A stretch of 64,000 bases of DNA from Lama guanicoe (taxonomy: Eukaryota): positions 10,703,003-10,767,002 of the forward strand of contig MU053934.1 in NCBI GenBank assembly GCA_013239625.1, given 5' to 3'. Below the pieces are notes generated by a model. That model saw nothing but the letters and a program-made list of their open reading frames with translations, was not told the DNA's origin and did no database searches. Position numbers and translations under genes: made by a program. Positions 21,861 through 34,029 of this stretch are shown here, piece after piece; position 1 is the stretch's first letter; each line of letters starts with the position of its first letter.

Positions 21861-23512
21861 AGGACATTGGCGTGGTTAGCTGTAGACCTCAAGGCACCTA
21901 GAGTCATGCTGGTGCCCACAGCCCTGGGGGTTATTGTTTATTTCTTCTAGAAAATGTCTAATGAGTTGATTTTTCTCCCGGTGAGTGACTTCAAGGTCTG
22001 TTGCTTGCAACCAAGCGGGTCCTGACTGACAGCACCCTTCTGCTGCAGGCTCTGCCCCCTCGTGCTCAGTGAACTGAGTTCTGGGCAAGACTCAGGGCTG
22101 GGTTCTGTTTCCTGGTGGATTATGGATGTTCTAACCCCAGCCCTGGGAGCCGGGGCTGTGGGGCAGCTCCAGCCGTTCTCCAGGAGCCCGCTGCCCTGTG
22201 AGCCCGCTGCCCGTCCCCCCGCAGCCCCTCTGCAGGCCGCGCGGGCACGCAGCACTCACACGGGGGCACTGGAGCACGGGTGCCCCCGCTCCCTGCCTCC
22301 CATCGCCTCTCGCCGAGCAGGGCTGGAGCTCTGGGCACTTGGGCCTTATTTATTACCATGCACTGCTGGGACTTAATGACACATAAATCTCAGATTATGA
22401 AGTCACCGCTCTACATATTCTTGGCTCAAAATGAGCCTCAGGATCAAGTTACCAGGGAAGCAAGCAGGAGGGCACCTTCCAGGTGCCAGGGCTCTCATGC
22501 TGGCAATTTTGAGGAAAGGGGTCTTTCCTGCCCAGTGACTCCATCCTGCATGTGATTCAAATCCTGGAGCATCCACGCGTCCTTGAGTCAAGGAATGGAT
22601 GAGTGGAAGAAGGTTTGCAGACGAAGAAAGAGGCTCAAAGAAGTGGTGGTTCTGGCCTGAGATCATGCGGCTACGAGTGGCTGATGGAGAAACAGTGGTT
22701 CTCCTGCAGACTCTGTCGGGACAAACCCATGCTGGCCTCCGTCACCAACAGCTTCCACCGCCTCTTGCCTCTAGCTCTATGTGTCCTGCAGATAATCTCG
22801 GGGGTGTCCCTGAGGGTTCCCCAAAGTCTTCCTCGTCTCTTCCTTTTCTCCACCCAGACCTCAGGTGCAGCTCTGCTTTTCCTACCATGGACTCGACGGA
22901 TCCTTTCTCTGCCCAGACACATTCTACTGCTTCCCGCTTTCTACCTTTCTTTCCTCCGTTGCCTGAAGTCAGCTTTCTCACTGGCATCCCACCTCCTGTC
23001 CAGCTGGCCTCCCGGGGGCACCGAGGGCCAGGCTGGGAGAAGCAGCTCAGCCTGCTGCCCCCTTCCCGAGGTCCCCACACCCCTGCCAGCCCCGTGACAG
23101 CCACGCTTTCTGCGTCCACAGCCGAGGCTCCCGGACTTGGACCACTCCTGTTCCTTGTCCAAGCAGCACGGACAGCCTGTAGGTCAAGGTGCAGGTCTCA
23201 GTATTGGGTTTGGATCCTGCCTTTGGCACCAGTGGACACGTGACACCCTCACCGAGCTCATTCGGAATAATCCTTTGCACTTTCTGCCAAACTGTTCCCA
23301 GAGGGTCCTGTGTGTGTGTCCCGCCGGGGCGGCAGGGCGCAGCCAATCCCCACTAGCTTTGGGTATTAGCTTGATTTTGTCCCCGATAACCCCGCTGCTG
23401 CTTTCCCAGCACCATGTGACTGCCTGCGACATCACTGTCCCTCCCGTGTCCACGTCCCACCTGGGTTTCCTCTTCTGCCGTCGCCTGCTGCAGGGCGCAT
23501 CCTGGCTTCCCC

Positions 23513-23900
23513 TGTTGGAGAAAACCAGGGCCTGACTGTAAAGCAGTAAAAAAAGGTTTCATTCAGCAACTATTGCAGTAGGAGAAAAGAGACCTCAGTG
23601 TGGACCTGGGTTCATTTCCTAAAACAGCAGGGAGAGTGGGGTCTTGTGGCCCAGGTGCAGGTGGGGGTGGCTGGAAAATGACTCTGGTGGTGGGGCACTC
23701 CTTTGCTGGGGGCAGGAGGGTGGCCGGACGTCACGGGGGCAGGTAAGGAAACTGATTAGATATGGAGGGTCAGAGATTCTGGCTAAACCGGCTTGACAGG
23801 ATTTCCCCCAAACTGGGCAATGCAGAGCCTGGAGAGGGAGGCTGGTTGAGAAGACGGGTCGGGGAGGGGCCTAGAGCTGGCCAAGGAGGGCGTCCTGTCA
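23513..23900 (-). mobile_element. ERV1 solo LTR, MER31-like
   Basis: TG...CA termini with a 4-bp CCCC TSD (23509-12 and 23901-04). Internal actattgcagtaggagaaaagagacctcagt and gattctggctaaaccggcttgacaggatt. Confidence 0.8.
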
Positions 23901-26204
23901 CCCCCCAGGGCCGCCATCTCTTCTCTTCCAAAGTTTGGAAAACACTAACCCTCGTCCCCTCTTTGCTGGGACGTGACGGCGTCAGGTCTTTGTGGCCAGG
24001 GCGCACCTTCCTTTGAAAAGGGACTGTCCTGCAGGCACCTGGCTGTTTGCTCCACACTTGTCACTCCCTGACGAGGTGGACCCCCGTGACCAGTGCTCCC
24101 ACAATGGTGCAGGCCAGCTAGAAGCAGCAGGGCCAGGGCTGGGGGGTGGATGCCACTCAAGTGTTGCATCAGAGTAGAGGGGAGCCCCCCACTTCCTCCC
24201 ACCCTGAGCCTGTCCTCGCCAGCACCCCACCCTCCCACGTGAGGGTCCACAGGTCCATGGTGGCTCGGGTGTCCTCTTTGTGGCCTTGTGGGACTTCATC
24301 AGAGACCAAGCTGGTGGGAACCCAGGTCTCCTGACCCCCCGCCTTTCCTTCATTCCTTCATGTTCAGACCACAGAAGGTGGGGCTCCCCTTCCTCCAAAG
24401 TGAGAGCCCTGCCGAGTCAAGGAGAGTGTGTTTGGGAAACGAATTCTTGTAAGGAATTTGGCGTGGACTGTACTCATGGTCGCAGTCAGAACTACCACTG
24501 CCTTCCTCCTCCACCCGCTGCCCCGAGCCCCGCTAGCAATCTTCCCAGGACAGACGCCTTGCTTCCTTGTGCTCCGTCCCCTGGGGCTCTCCCAGCACAG
24601 AAAATGCTACCTTCTGTAACCTACTGTCCTGGCATCCCGACAGCTCCAGCATCTATCCAAAATCACAAATGGCCACCTACGGGGTAAAGGTGTCAGTTAC
24701 CACCAAGGACTGGGGGCAGCCACTGGTGGGGGCTCCAGCCATCAGGGGCTCACAGACCAGCCCCAGGGCTGGACCAGTCGGGAGAGCAGGCACGCAAGAC
24801 GTGGTGGATATACTGTCCGTCCCCTCCCCATAAAAGAGCAGGCAGATTTAGCAGGACCTGTGCTCAGCCCGCTGACTCTGACCTGTAGATGCCTTTGCCC
24901 CCCAGAGGCCCCCCAGCTGGCAGGCACTCACTGTCCACTTGAAGACCTATTCTTTTGAGAGCTTTCATATGCATCTTCCCATTTCAAGCTCCGAATAGTC
25001 TTGGAGGGTGTGTCAGGTGGCCGTGATCATCCTGAGCCTGGAGAGGAGGAGCCTGAGGGCCCAGGGGGACCCGTGGTCTGCCTGGAGCTACGCAGCCCTG
25101 AAGGAGCCGGGCTGCAGGCCGTCTCCTGTTATTTTTCCCTATTGCAGAGAATTCACCACAATCTCTGCCCAGAGGAATAGGCTGCTGTCTGAGGCAACGC
25201 TCCATGGAAGAGTCCAGAGGAGCAGGGTGCGGGGGGCAGTCTCAGTGCCCCCGCCCCACGAGTGACGGGTGGGGCCCCGGCGCCTGGAGGGAGGGTGGAG
25301 GGCACGTTCCTGGTTCCTGGTTCCCGGGAGCTGTCGGGGGCCCTCGATGCGCAGTGAGAAGGCTCCGTGGTGCCTTGTCCCCCATGAAGGATGGTCCACG
25401 GTGAATGCGTCTCACAGCCGCGTGGGTCAGAGTGACTTCGGGGACCTCACCTCTGTCCTGCTCCGAGCAGGCAGCATGTAAACTGTGCTTCTGGTGGCCC
25501 CCTGGAGAGGGGTGACAGCACGGGGCGCCTGCTGCGTGTTAGCGGCGTGGAGAGGTCCCGACAGCGAGGGGGGCGTGTGCAGGTGCCAACGGCGCCGAGG
25601 GAGCCGCAGAAAGGGTGTGTTTCCCCGCATTCCCCTCTGCCTTCCCTTCCAGGTCCACAGAGTATTGTTCTTCTTGGTTGTGAGAGGGAGAGAATGAGGG
25701 AATTATTTGAGAAGGTTTTCTGAAAACTCATCTACACAGGTGGCCAGGAGCTGACCTGTCGGGCTGACAGATGAGCAGCTCGAGTCACAAAGACGCCTAA
25801 GTGACATTTTTGTGAGAGTTATTTCCAGGAGGGTCACTGTTGGTGAATTGCAAGGGCAAACTAACACTAGGTGTTTGGTCTCTGAGAAAACACAGCCCAG
25901 AGGTCCAGCCCAGGGCCCTGAGCAGGGAAGGTTTTCATTTTCTGGGGTCACCGAGAGATAAACACACCTGACTCTCCAAGTCATAACGGGCCCCGGTGTC
26001 CTGTGCAGGAGGGACACCAGGCTGACCTCGGGGAACAAAGCTTGGCCAGCACGACCCTCCTCTTCCAGGGCCAGACGGCACGGGTGGGACCCACACCCTT
26101 TAGATCTTGTGGGTCGGATTCCAAGTCCCCCGGATGCCCCCTAAGTCCGAGACCCAAGCTCCGGATTTTCCTTCTGCGATCTGGCCAGAAGGATGCTGTG
26201 GGGC

Positions 26205-26304
26205 TGGGGAGTGAGCTGAGGAATGAGGTCATGACCCTGTACTCACTGCCCTCAGTTTCCACGTCTGAAAGTGGGAACGTGGTAACTCTGTTGCTCTGTT
26301 GTGA
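26205..26304 (+). mobile_element. MIR core fragment
   Basis: ccctcagtttccacgtctgaaagtggga...gttgtga. Confidence 0.55.
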
Positions 26305-27152
26305 CCTATTCATTGGCTCTAAGGTGTCACCGATTGTCACTGATTGCAAGACAAAAGCCCCCCCCATTGTACCTACACATGATACACTCCTGTCTCCTAG
26401 AACCAGTGTGCACATGATAGATTTTTATCCTTCACCACCATTGTGCGTTCATAAAACAGAAGTGAAGTCAATTGGCTAATGTGTTTATATTCGCTTCCAG
26501 TCAGTGTTGTAACAAATCATCACACATTTGTTATCTTACGATTCTGCAGGTAAGACATTCAATGTGGGTGTCACCGGGCAAAACTCAAGGTGTTGGTTGG
26601 TAGGACTGGTTCATCCCCGAGGGTCTCGGGAGCGTCCACTCCTTTGCTGTTTCCAGCCTCTCGAGGCGGCCGGATTCCTTGGCTCATGGCCCCTTCCCCC
26701 AACATCAAAGCCAGCCAAAGGCGCTATTCAGGGTCAACTGAGATGTATCCTTACTCCCTCCTTGTCATGTGACGTAGCGTGGTCATAGGTTCTGAAGAGT
26801 AAGACGTGGACATCTTTGGAGGTCACCATCTGACCAGCCACTCTAGTATTCTTAACCCTGCATCATGCTTGCAGCCTGAGTCTCCGGAACTTTTCGATTA
26901 AGAATCACCTGCACTGCTGATCTTCCCCGGCCCGTCCTCCTCCATCCACCGCAAGTGCCCATGCAGTGTGCCTCAGGGACTGACCCACGGGGGGTCCAGG
27001 GTTCCTTCCAGGGCACTGCACCCACTCGGCAAGCCTCCGTGCACACGCCCAGGCAATGCCCACTGTGACAAGACCACAGCCGTGACAAAGTACGTCCGAT
27101 TTCAGAGATGTTCAAATGTGAGCAAAGAATCTTCCTAGAACTGCTGAAACGG
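26305..27152 (-). mobile_element. Kanga1/MER104-like Tc2 DNA transposon, interrupted by an MLT1D LTR
   Basis: Right end ccgatttcagagatgttcaaatgtga..ctagaactgctgaaacgg and left end cctattcattggctctaaggtgtcaccgattg match MER104/Kanga termini. Confidence 0.7.
26486..26842 (-). mobile_element. MaLR LTR, MLT1D-like (internally deleted)
   Basis: gttgtaacaaatcatcaca, atgtgggtgtcaccgggcaaaactcaaggtgtt, attccttggctcatggccccttcc, gacgtggacatctttgga. Confidence 0.85.
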
Positions 27153-27199
27153 CATTCTTTTATATTACAGACACTTAGTATCGGAAAGTACTTAATGCA

Positions 27200-27366
27200 C
27201 ACTACTACACGTACGGCAAGTAAACAGCACGGTCCTCTGTGCAGCACAGGGAACTCTATTCAGTGCCTTGTAATGGCCTAAAATGAAAAAGAGTGTGAAA
27301 AGGAACACGTCTGTGTGCACCAGAAATGAACACAACGTTGTAAATCGACTATACTTCAATTAAATA
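27200..27366 (+). mobile_element. Cetartiodactyl-type L1 3' end (short)
   Basis: gcagcacagggaactctattcagt..gaaaaagagtgtgaaaagg..caccagaaatgaacacaacgttgtaaatcgactatacttcaatt. Confidence 0.85.
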
Positions 27367-28020
27367 ATTTAATTTCTAAAAATCTATTGTTTCAAACTCA
27401 CACAGCTAAATAAATGCAAGGGAAATCAAAAAAAAAATGAGAAAGTGCTGGGTAAGTGGTATTCCATCATAGTGCAAACTCAGTGAGGATAATGTCACCT
27501 CCTCTGTGGCCGATGCTGGGTCGCCAGGACCTAGAAGACTGTCTGGAACAGAGCAGATGGTCACTTCCTGAATGAGTGAATGGATGAATGAGTAAGTCCA
27601 CAGAACTATAACTATCGGTATTATTCAGAGAAGAGTTACTGTGCATCATTATGGGTGAAGTGAGATCACATTGCCACGTTGTCTGCGTAAAGGAAGCCCT
27701 CGAAAAAGAAATGGTTCCTCCTCCTCTTGCCTCCCAGACAGCAGGACGGGGTGAGTGACCCTCGCGGCCCCCAGCCCCTCATCTGAGTGGGTCGTGGGGG
27801 GTGCACGGATGGCTGCGCAGGTGGATGGATAGTTGTCATCATAAAGAAGCGGTAGTTGTCGGGGCCTCGCACGTCTGTGGTGCTTTTGGTGGGTCCTCCC
27901 ACACCAAGGGTCATGCTCTGTGTGTTTCACCTGCCTGGGACTCTGGGTATCGTAGTAACACATCTTCCTGGGAATAAAGGCTCACAGCGGCCACCCTGAG
28001 ATGAAACCTGAAACATCCTG

Positions 28021-28742
28021 AACTGGTGCAGCCACTGCAGAAAACAGTATGGAGGGTCCCAAAAAACTGAAAATAGAGCCACCATGTGACCCAGCAATTC
28101 CACTCCTGGGTACATACCTGCCTAAAATCCCACAAAACATTGATTCAAAAAGATACGTGCACCCCAGTGTTCACAGCAGCACTATATACAGTAGCCAAGA
28201 CATGGAAGCAACCTTAATGTTTATCAACGGAGGACTGGATAAAGAAGTCGTGGTATATTTATGCAATGGAATACTATACAGCCATAAAACAGTAATGCCA
28301 TCTGCAGCGACATGGATGGACCTGGAGATAGTCATTCTAAGTGAAGTAAGCGAAAGAGAAAGAAAAAAACCATGTAATATCACTCATATGTGGAATCTAA
28401 AGAAAAAAAACACAAACGAACTTATTTTCAAAACAGAAACAGACTCACAGACATAGGAAATAAACTTACAGTTATCAGCCGGGAAAAGGGATGGGAGGAG
28501 ATAAATTGGGAGTCCAAGATTTGCAGATACTAACTAGTATACATAAAATAGATAAACCACAAGTTTCTACTGTACAGCACAGGGAATTACTACCTTCAAT
28601 ATCTTGCAGTAACCTATAAAGAAAAAGAACATGAAAACCAATATATGGATGTGTATGTATGACCGAAACAGGGTGCTGTGCACCGGGAATTTACCCAACC
28701 TTGTAAACTGACTATACTTCAATAAAAAAAAGTTTAAAAAAA
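28021..28742 (+). mobile_element. Relatively young lineage L1, ORF2 C-terminus plus 3' UTR and A tail
   Basis: Translation gives LKIEPPCDPAIPLLGTY and MPSAATWMDLEIVILSEVS (L1 ORF2 C-terminal motifs). Ends in gactatacttcaataaaaaaaa. Confidence 0.95.
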
Positions 28743-31700
28743 GAGCACCTTTGAAGATGAGGGCAGAGAAAGACCTCAGAGCAGCTGAAGGGTGGCTGAG
28801 GATCAACAAGAAGCCCAGACTTAATTGCAGGACAACATATTAAATTCAGCTCTTTATTTTCAGAACGTCATTTTGGGGCCAAAACCTTGAACACCAATGA
28901 AGGAAACCACTCGCGCCTCCAAGAGGGCGATGACCTTCAAAAGTCTTTTTCCAGGGGGAAGAAATTTAATTTAATCTTGTCTTCTCATATTTGTTCGTGT
29001 TGGATTACATTAAATGAGTTATTTTTAATCATTGTTCATAAATCACAGCCAGGGTGTGCCCCGAGGCGCAGGGCATTTGCATAAAAATATTAATTGCTGC
29101 TGTCTCTCCTTTTGGGTTCATGGGAAATTAGATGGATGGGCAGCAAACGGCGGGTGCAGGGGTGTGGGTGTCGGATGAGGCGAGGACGGGAAGGGGGAAG
29201 TGTCCTCCCTGATAGCCTTGTTCAGCTCACAGCGTGTGATGCAGAACTGTGGGATCCTTCTCAGATGTCTCCTCCACCAAGAAGTCCACCCTGATTTCTC
29301 CAGGCCGAGTTATTCTTCCCTCTTCTGTTACCCGTGAGCCATGAGCAGCCTCTCTTAGGAAACTTGAATGTTCTCCGTAGTTCATTCACCCATGGCCATG
29401 TCCTCGCTTGGACCAGGAGCTCCCTGCCTGTCACACAGGGCAGAGGAGAGCCCTGCTTGCCTGACAGACTGAGCACAGGGAGGGTCCGGGGAGAGTCCCC
29501 TTGGTCTGCTGCACAGGCTGCCCCCAGGGTCAGGGTGCACTTCATAGAAGTTCACTGAACCAGCGTTCAGAGAATGCTTTCTATCCAACTTCTCCTCATG
29601 TATTTAGGCTTCTTTTTCCCTAAGTTTAGGCCCATATTTGGATTTAGCTCGAATTTGAAATCCTCATTATTGCAGAGAAGATGCCCCGTGCTCTGTCCCT
29701 CCCAGGTGCACCCCAGGGTCCTGAAGTCTGGGGCTCGTGCCGGCTCCTCCTCCTTCCTCGGCTCTCAGCTGCACCCTGCCCGTTCCTGCCTCCCGCTCTC
29801 CCTCTGTCCTCGTGTTTGGCTGTGGTTTTGTGGGTTTTGTGGTTGTGCTATTTGGAAAGAGCCTTCACGTGCAAGCTCTCGCTCTCATAGCCTCGCCCCT
29901 CTGGCCTCCTCCCAGCCTTTCCCTGCCACCTCGACGTCTCCACCAGCTGTGGTCAGAACAGCCGCCGCTGAGCCTCCCTGACCCCCACGCGGGGACAGAC
30001 ACACTCCTGCCTTAGCGTCACTCACCCATGCATCTATTCACTCGTCGGGCAGCAATGGTGCCACTTTAAGTGCTAAGGACCACGCTGGACGCTGGACTGA
30101 TGTCACCACACGGCGGATGGGTGTTGGGACGGGGGACATGCAGGACACTGGGAGGTTCTCACTCTGCTTAGCTGTCTCCCTTGGGTGCTGAGAGACCTTC
30201 CATCCCGTCTCTGTTCCCTGGTGCAAATCACATGCTCTGGGGCATCAGATGCTCCCCCAGAGTCCAGGGACCTTCCTCCCGACTCCCGCGGAAGCCCCGG
30301 CATTCCCAGCTCTGCAGTGCCGCAGGGTTGCTGAGAACTGTGCCGACGTGAAGCGAGCTGAGTTAGGGCACATCCCCGCCGGGCGCTGGTGCCCCTCTGT
30401 TAAAGTACGTTTGAAAAATTCTGAGCCCAACAGGTGCCTCCCCTGAAGGGCTTCTCTGAGCTTCCAGGATGCTCGGTGTGCCCTGGGTCCCACAAGGGGT
30501 GCAGAGACGGCACGTTTCCTGGTTTTGCTGTTTATGTGACTCATGGCACTTGCTTTGGTATTGTGTCTTGTAGGACCAGTCTAACGGGACAGCGCAAAGC
30601 AGAGGGTCCACCAGGCAGGACACACGGTGAGTCCAGGCCAGCAGGGAGCCCTGGAGGTGTGCGCCCCCATCTCTTGGATTCTGCCTGCACCTCCGTGGTG
30701 AAGGTTAGAAAATGAAGGTGCAGGGAGGTCCAGACACCTGCTGTCATAAGGGTGAGGCTGTGGGGCGCCCATATCTTGTCCCTGTGTCTTAACCACGTGG
30801 CCCCTGAACACCACGGGTTGGACTTTGTCAACCTTCCGAGAGAGCGACTCACTGGGCCCTGCTGCTCAGAGAGAAGCGAGCACATCGGATGGAATCTCTG
30901 ATGTTCCCTCGTAATGAACTCCCTTCACTGAAAACAGGCATTCGCCCACAGCCCTGGGCCGAGCCCGAGGCCCCTGTTCGAACGCGGAGGGCAGCCTGCT
31001 GTCCAATGGTTCCCGGTGGCTATTTCCGCCTCCACTGTTCCCCTCCACTGTATTGCTCTTCAAGACCAACGTGCACAGTGGGAACCACAGCGACACGTGC
31101 GCCTGTGCTGGGCGTCGGGCTGACAGCGTGTCTGTCCGGGACTGCAGGTCACAAGGAAGGAAAGGCCCAGGAGGAGGTGGTATGGGACTGTCTGGGCTGC
31201 ATCCGCGCGCCTGCCGTCCGGGAGCTCAAAGCCTGATCTGCAGCGCTGCCCCACGTGCGCGGTGCGAATCGATGCCCCCGCCCACTGTGGCTGAGCTTAA
31301 GTGTCCATCGCGGCATCAGCAAACCTTGCGGGTGGCTCTCCCCGCCGGGCCGGGACCAGCCAGCCCAGCGCCCACCAGACATGTCTCAGGTCGTGTCTCC
31401 TGGCTTCTCATTCCTTGTCTTTATTCATTTATGCGCTTTTGCGGGGTGGGGGAGGCACAGCTCGGGGGCGCAGTGACGGCGTTGCAACTGGGAGCGCGTT
31501 GCCAAGGTGCAAACAGCCTTGAGGTGCAAGGTGCCTCGCCAACCAGCTAGACAGTTTGACCTGCGTTCTAGAAGCTTGTGAGAGCGTCGGTGGAAGATCC
31601 TGTTGACAGTAAACACAGGTGTGGAGCCAGAAAGGCTTTGCTTAGAGCAGATTCACAGCACCCCCGTGAGACCCCGGGTGGGAAGCAGGGAGTGGCTGAA

Positions 31701-31769
31701 CTTGGCCAAGACCACGAGGGTCCCAAGCAGCAGATACTCCACTTTTGCTCTATTTCAATTCTGTAATTC

Positions 31770-31900
31770 TATTTATGCGCTCCTTTATTCACCCCTTCAT
31801 CCCTCGTTGGAGTCCTGCCGTCCACCAGGCGCTGTGTTAGGCACATGACTGGTCGCTGGGGAGAGCAGACAGGACCCCTTCCATTTAGCGGGTCCTGGGG
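31770..31900 (-). mobile_element. L2 3' end fragment
   Basis: ttattcaccccttcatccctcgttggagtcctgcc..ccaggcgctgtgttaggcac. Confidence 0.45.
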
Positions 31901-34029
31901 CTTGGTCTTCCCGCCCGGGAGCCTCCCGCATTTAGAGCACCCGAGTTACAGGGTGAGTTTAAGGGGGAGATGCCCTGATGATGAATGAACCTTACAAACA
32001 TAGTGCTGACATCACCATGAACGATCCACGTGTTCTTTGATCACATCCACATCACAGAGGTAGACAAGCCCTGGTGGGCATTTTGCCTTGCTTTGCATCT
32101 GATTCTGCTCAGACCACTCGGTCTCCTGTCGGCACCTCTCCAGATCCCCGGAGGCAGATGGCCAAGCTGGCCCTCGATGCCTGTGTGGTCCAGGCTGACC
32201 AGAAGGTGTCCGCATTTCTCGGCTTGCTGGTTGTTCCGGCACACCTGGGCCCGGTGCACAGAGGCAGACGTACTGCCCTCAAAAACCCAGGCTAAGAGGA
32301 GAAGGCAAAGGCCGTTGGGGCGGGAGGAGTGGCCCCAGCCCGGAGAGACACTGCGTCCGCGACATCAGTAGAAAGGAAACAGGGGACACCGCAGCCTCCA
32401 CACACAACCCAGCCTGAGACGGGCCGGCGCGCGGCATAGCTGAGTGGCCCAGGCGTGCGGGTGGGAACGAGGTCTCATTTCTGGAGGGAGCGCCAATCCC
32501 GCTGCCCGAGGCGGCAGGTCACAGCCAGCGGCTTGCCCTGGGCATGGCACAGGCTCCCCGAGGGCCACAGAGGCAGATGGGAAAACCCGGGACGCCGGGC
32601 AGCGCCCTCCAAACCAGGCTGAGTGGATGCAGGAGGGTTCGAAGTCTGAGACTTCGGGTTCCAGAGGCGGAGAGCAGCAGAGGCCGTTCCTCCAGCTCGT
32701 GTGGAAAGAAGAGCTGAGTCCGACGGGCTGAGCCAGCCTCGGCCCCGGGGCAGGGCAGCCCCTCCGCCTCCGGGCCGCCAGGCGCAGTCCTGGACAGAGA
32801 TGGACTACAGCCGAAGCACGGCCCCAGGCCTGTGCGTTCTGATCAGTGTTTCAGGTAGATTGAGGCAGCCGCTGTGGCAGGGCTGGAAGAAGACAGGCTT
32901 GGAAAGGAGGAGCAGGGTGCAGGTCTCGCAAAGCCCTGGGGCAGCTGGTTCCTCCTGTGTCCCACAGGTGGGGGTAGGGAGGAGGCCTGGGAACACAGCG
33001 AGCCCCCCAGACACCCCAGGGCACTTACGGGCTGGGACGGTGGAAAGAAACACGGGAGGAAGGTCATTTTCTCTGGTCTCCTGCCCCAAACGCTGTGGAG
33101 TCTGAAACACTCCGAGGAAAGAACCTGGCGACAGCAGGAGGGGCGTGGGGAGGGGTGCCTGTGGGTGGTCTGGAGCAGCCGAAGCCCCAGTTCCTCTCTG
33201 CTCAGCTCAGGAGCCCGGATCAAAGGTCCCGTTCGGCTCCCAGAGCCACTCGCGGAGACACGACGCCATGGGCGCGGCCGCGTGTCGGAGCCAGTTCCGG
33301 GGTTCGACACACACGACCTTGCTGGGTGTCCGTCCTCTGGCCCTGGAAGTGCCTTCTGTTTCTCCAGGCTGAGCAAGGAAACCGTGTGATGAAATGATCA
33401 TCATGATAATTAACCCCTTTGAGCAGGGGAGTCAAGAAAACATGCAAGGACCCTACGTTAACTGCAATAATATTTAGGACTGGAAAAAAGGCGCTCACTG
33501 CTGCAGCCGGCCGGGGTGGGGGCCCCGCTTCCTCTCCCTGGGCTCCGGGTGCTGTGGGGTCGGAGCTGCTCCGCAGGAAGCACGGGGCTGCGTTAATCAC
33601 CTGCGCTTCCGCTGGCGCCAGGCACGCCCGTGTCCCCCAGGCTGTGCCCGTCTCCCCGCCCTCTTCCTGGTCGACGGGATTACACTGGTGATGAGTCAGA
33701 CAGGGTTTTCTGCAGGCATTACATTTTCAGTAAACAGACCCAGATTAACAGCTACTTGTGACATTTCACTCTGGGGATCGAATCCTAAGCCGTTTCCGTG
33801 TAAAAAGCTCTCCTTCTCTGCTTTTAATGAGCGGATATTTATTCTTGTTGTTGTGCTGTTGTGGAAGCAGAGTGAGACGCAGATGCCCTGCTCCTCCGGG
33901 CTCCCCAGCCACGCGCTCCGTCCCGGTGGGGCGGGGGAAGCATGATTACCTCTGAGAAGCAAAGTCGAAAGCGCCTGAATTTTCCGTAATTCAGCGAACC
34001 AAGGCGCACACCTGAGGCCCCTCCTCCAC

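Noticed and set aside
23159..23179. REST/RE1-like CCAAGCAGCACGGACAGCCTG
   Set aside because: The right half-site matches but the left half has several core mismatches.
28049..28456. 135-aa ORF with real protein-like motifs
   Set aside because: Frameshifted L1 ORF2 C-terminus of a 5'-truncated copy.
30796..30832. Possible Tigger2/MER8 terminus (cccctgaacaccacgggttggac)
   Set aside because: Only about 35 bp of similarity and no second terminus seen.
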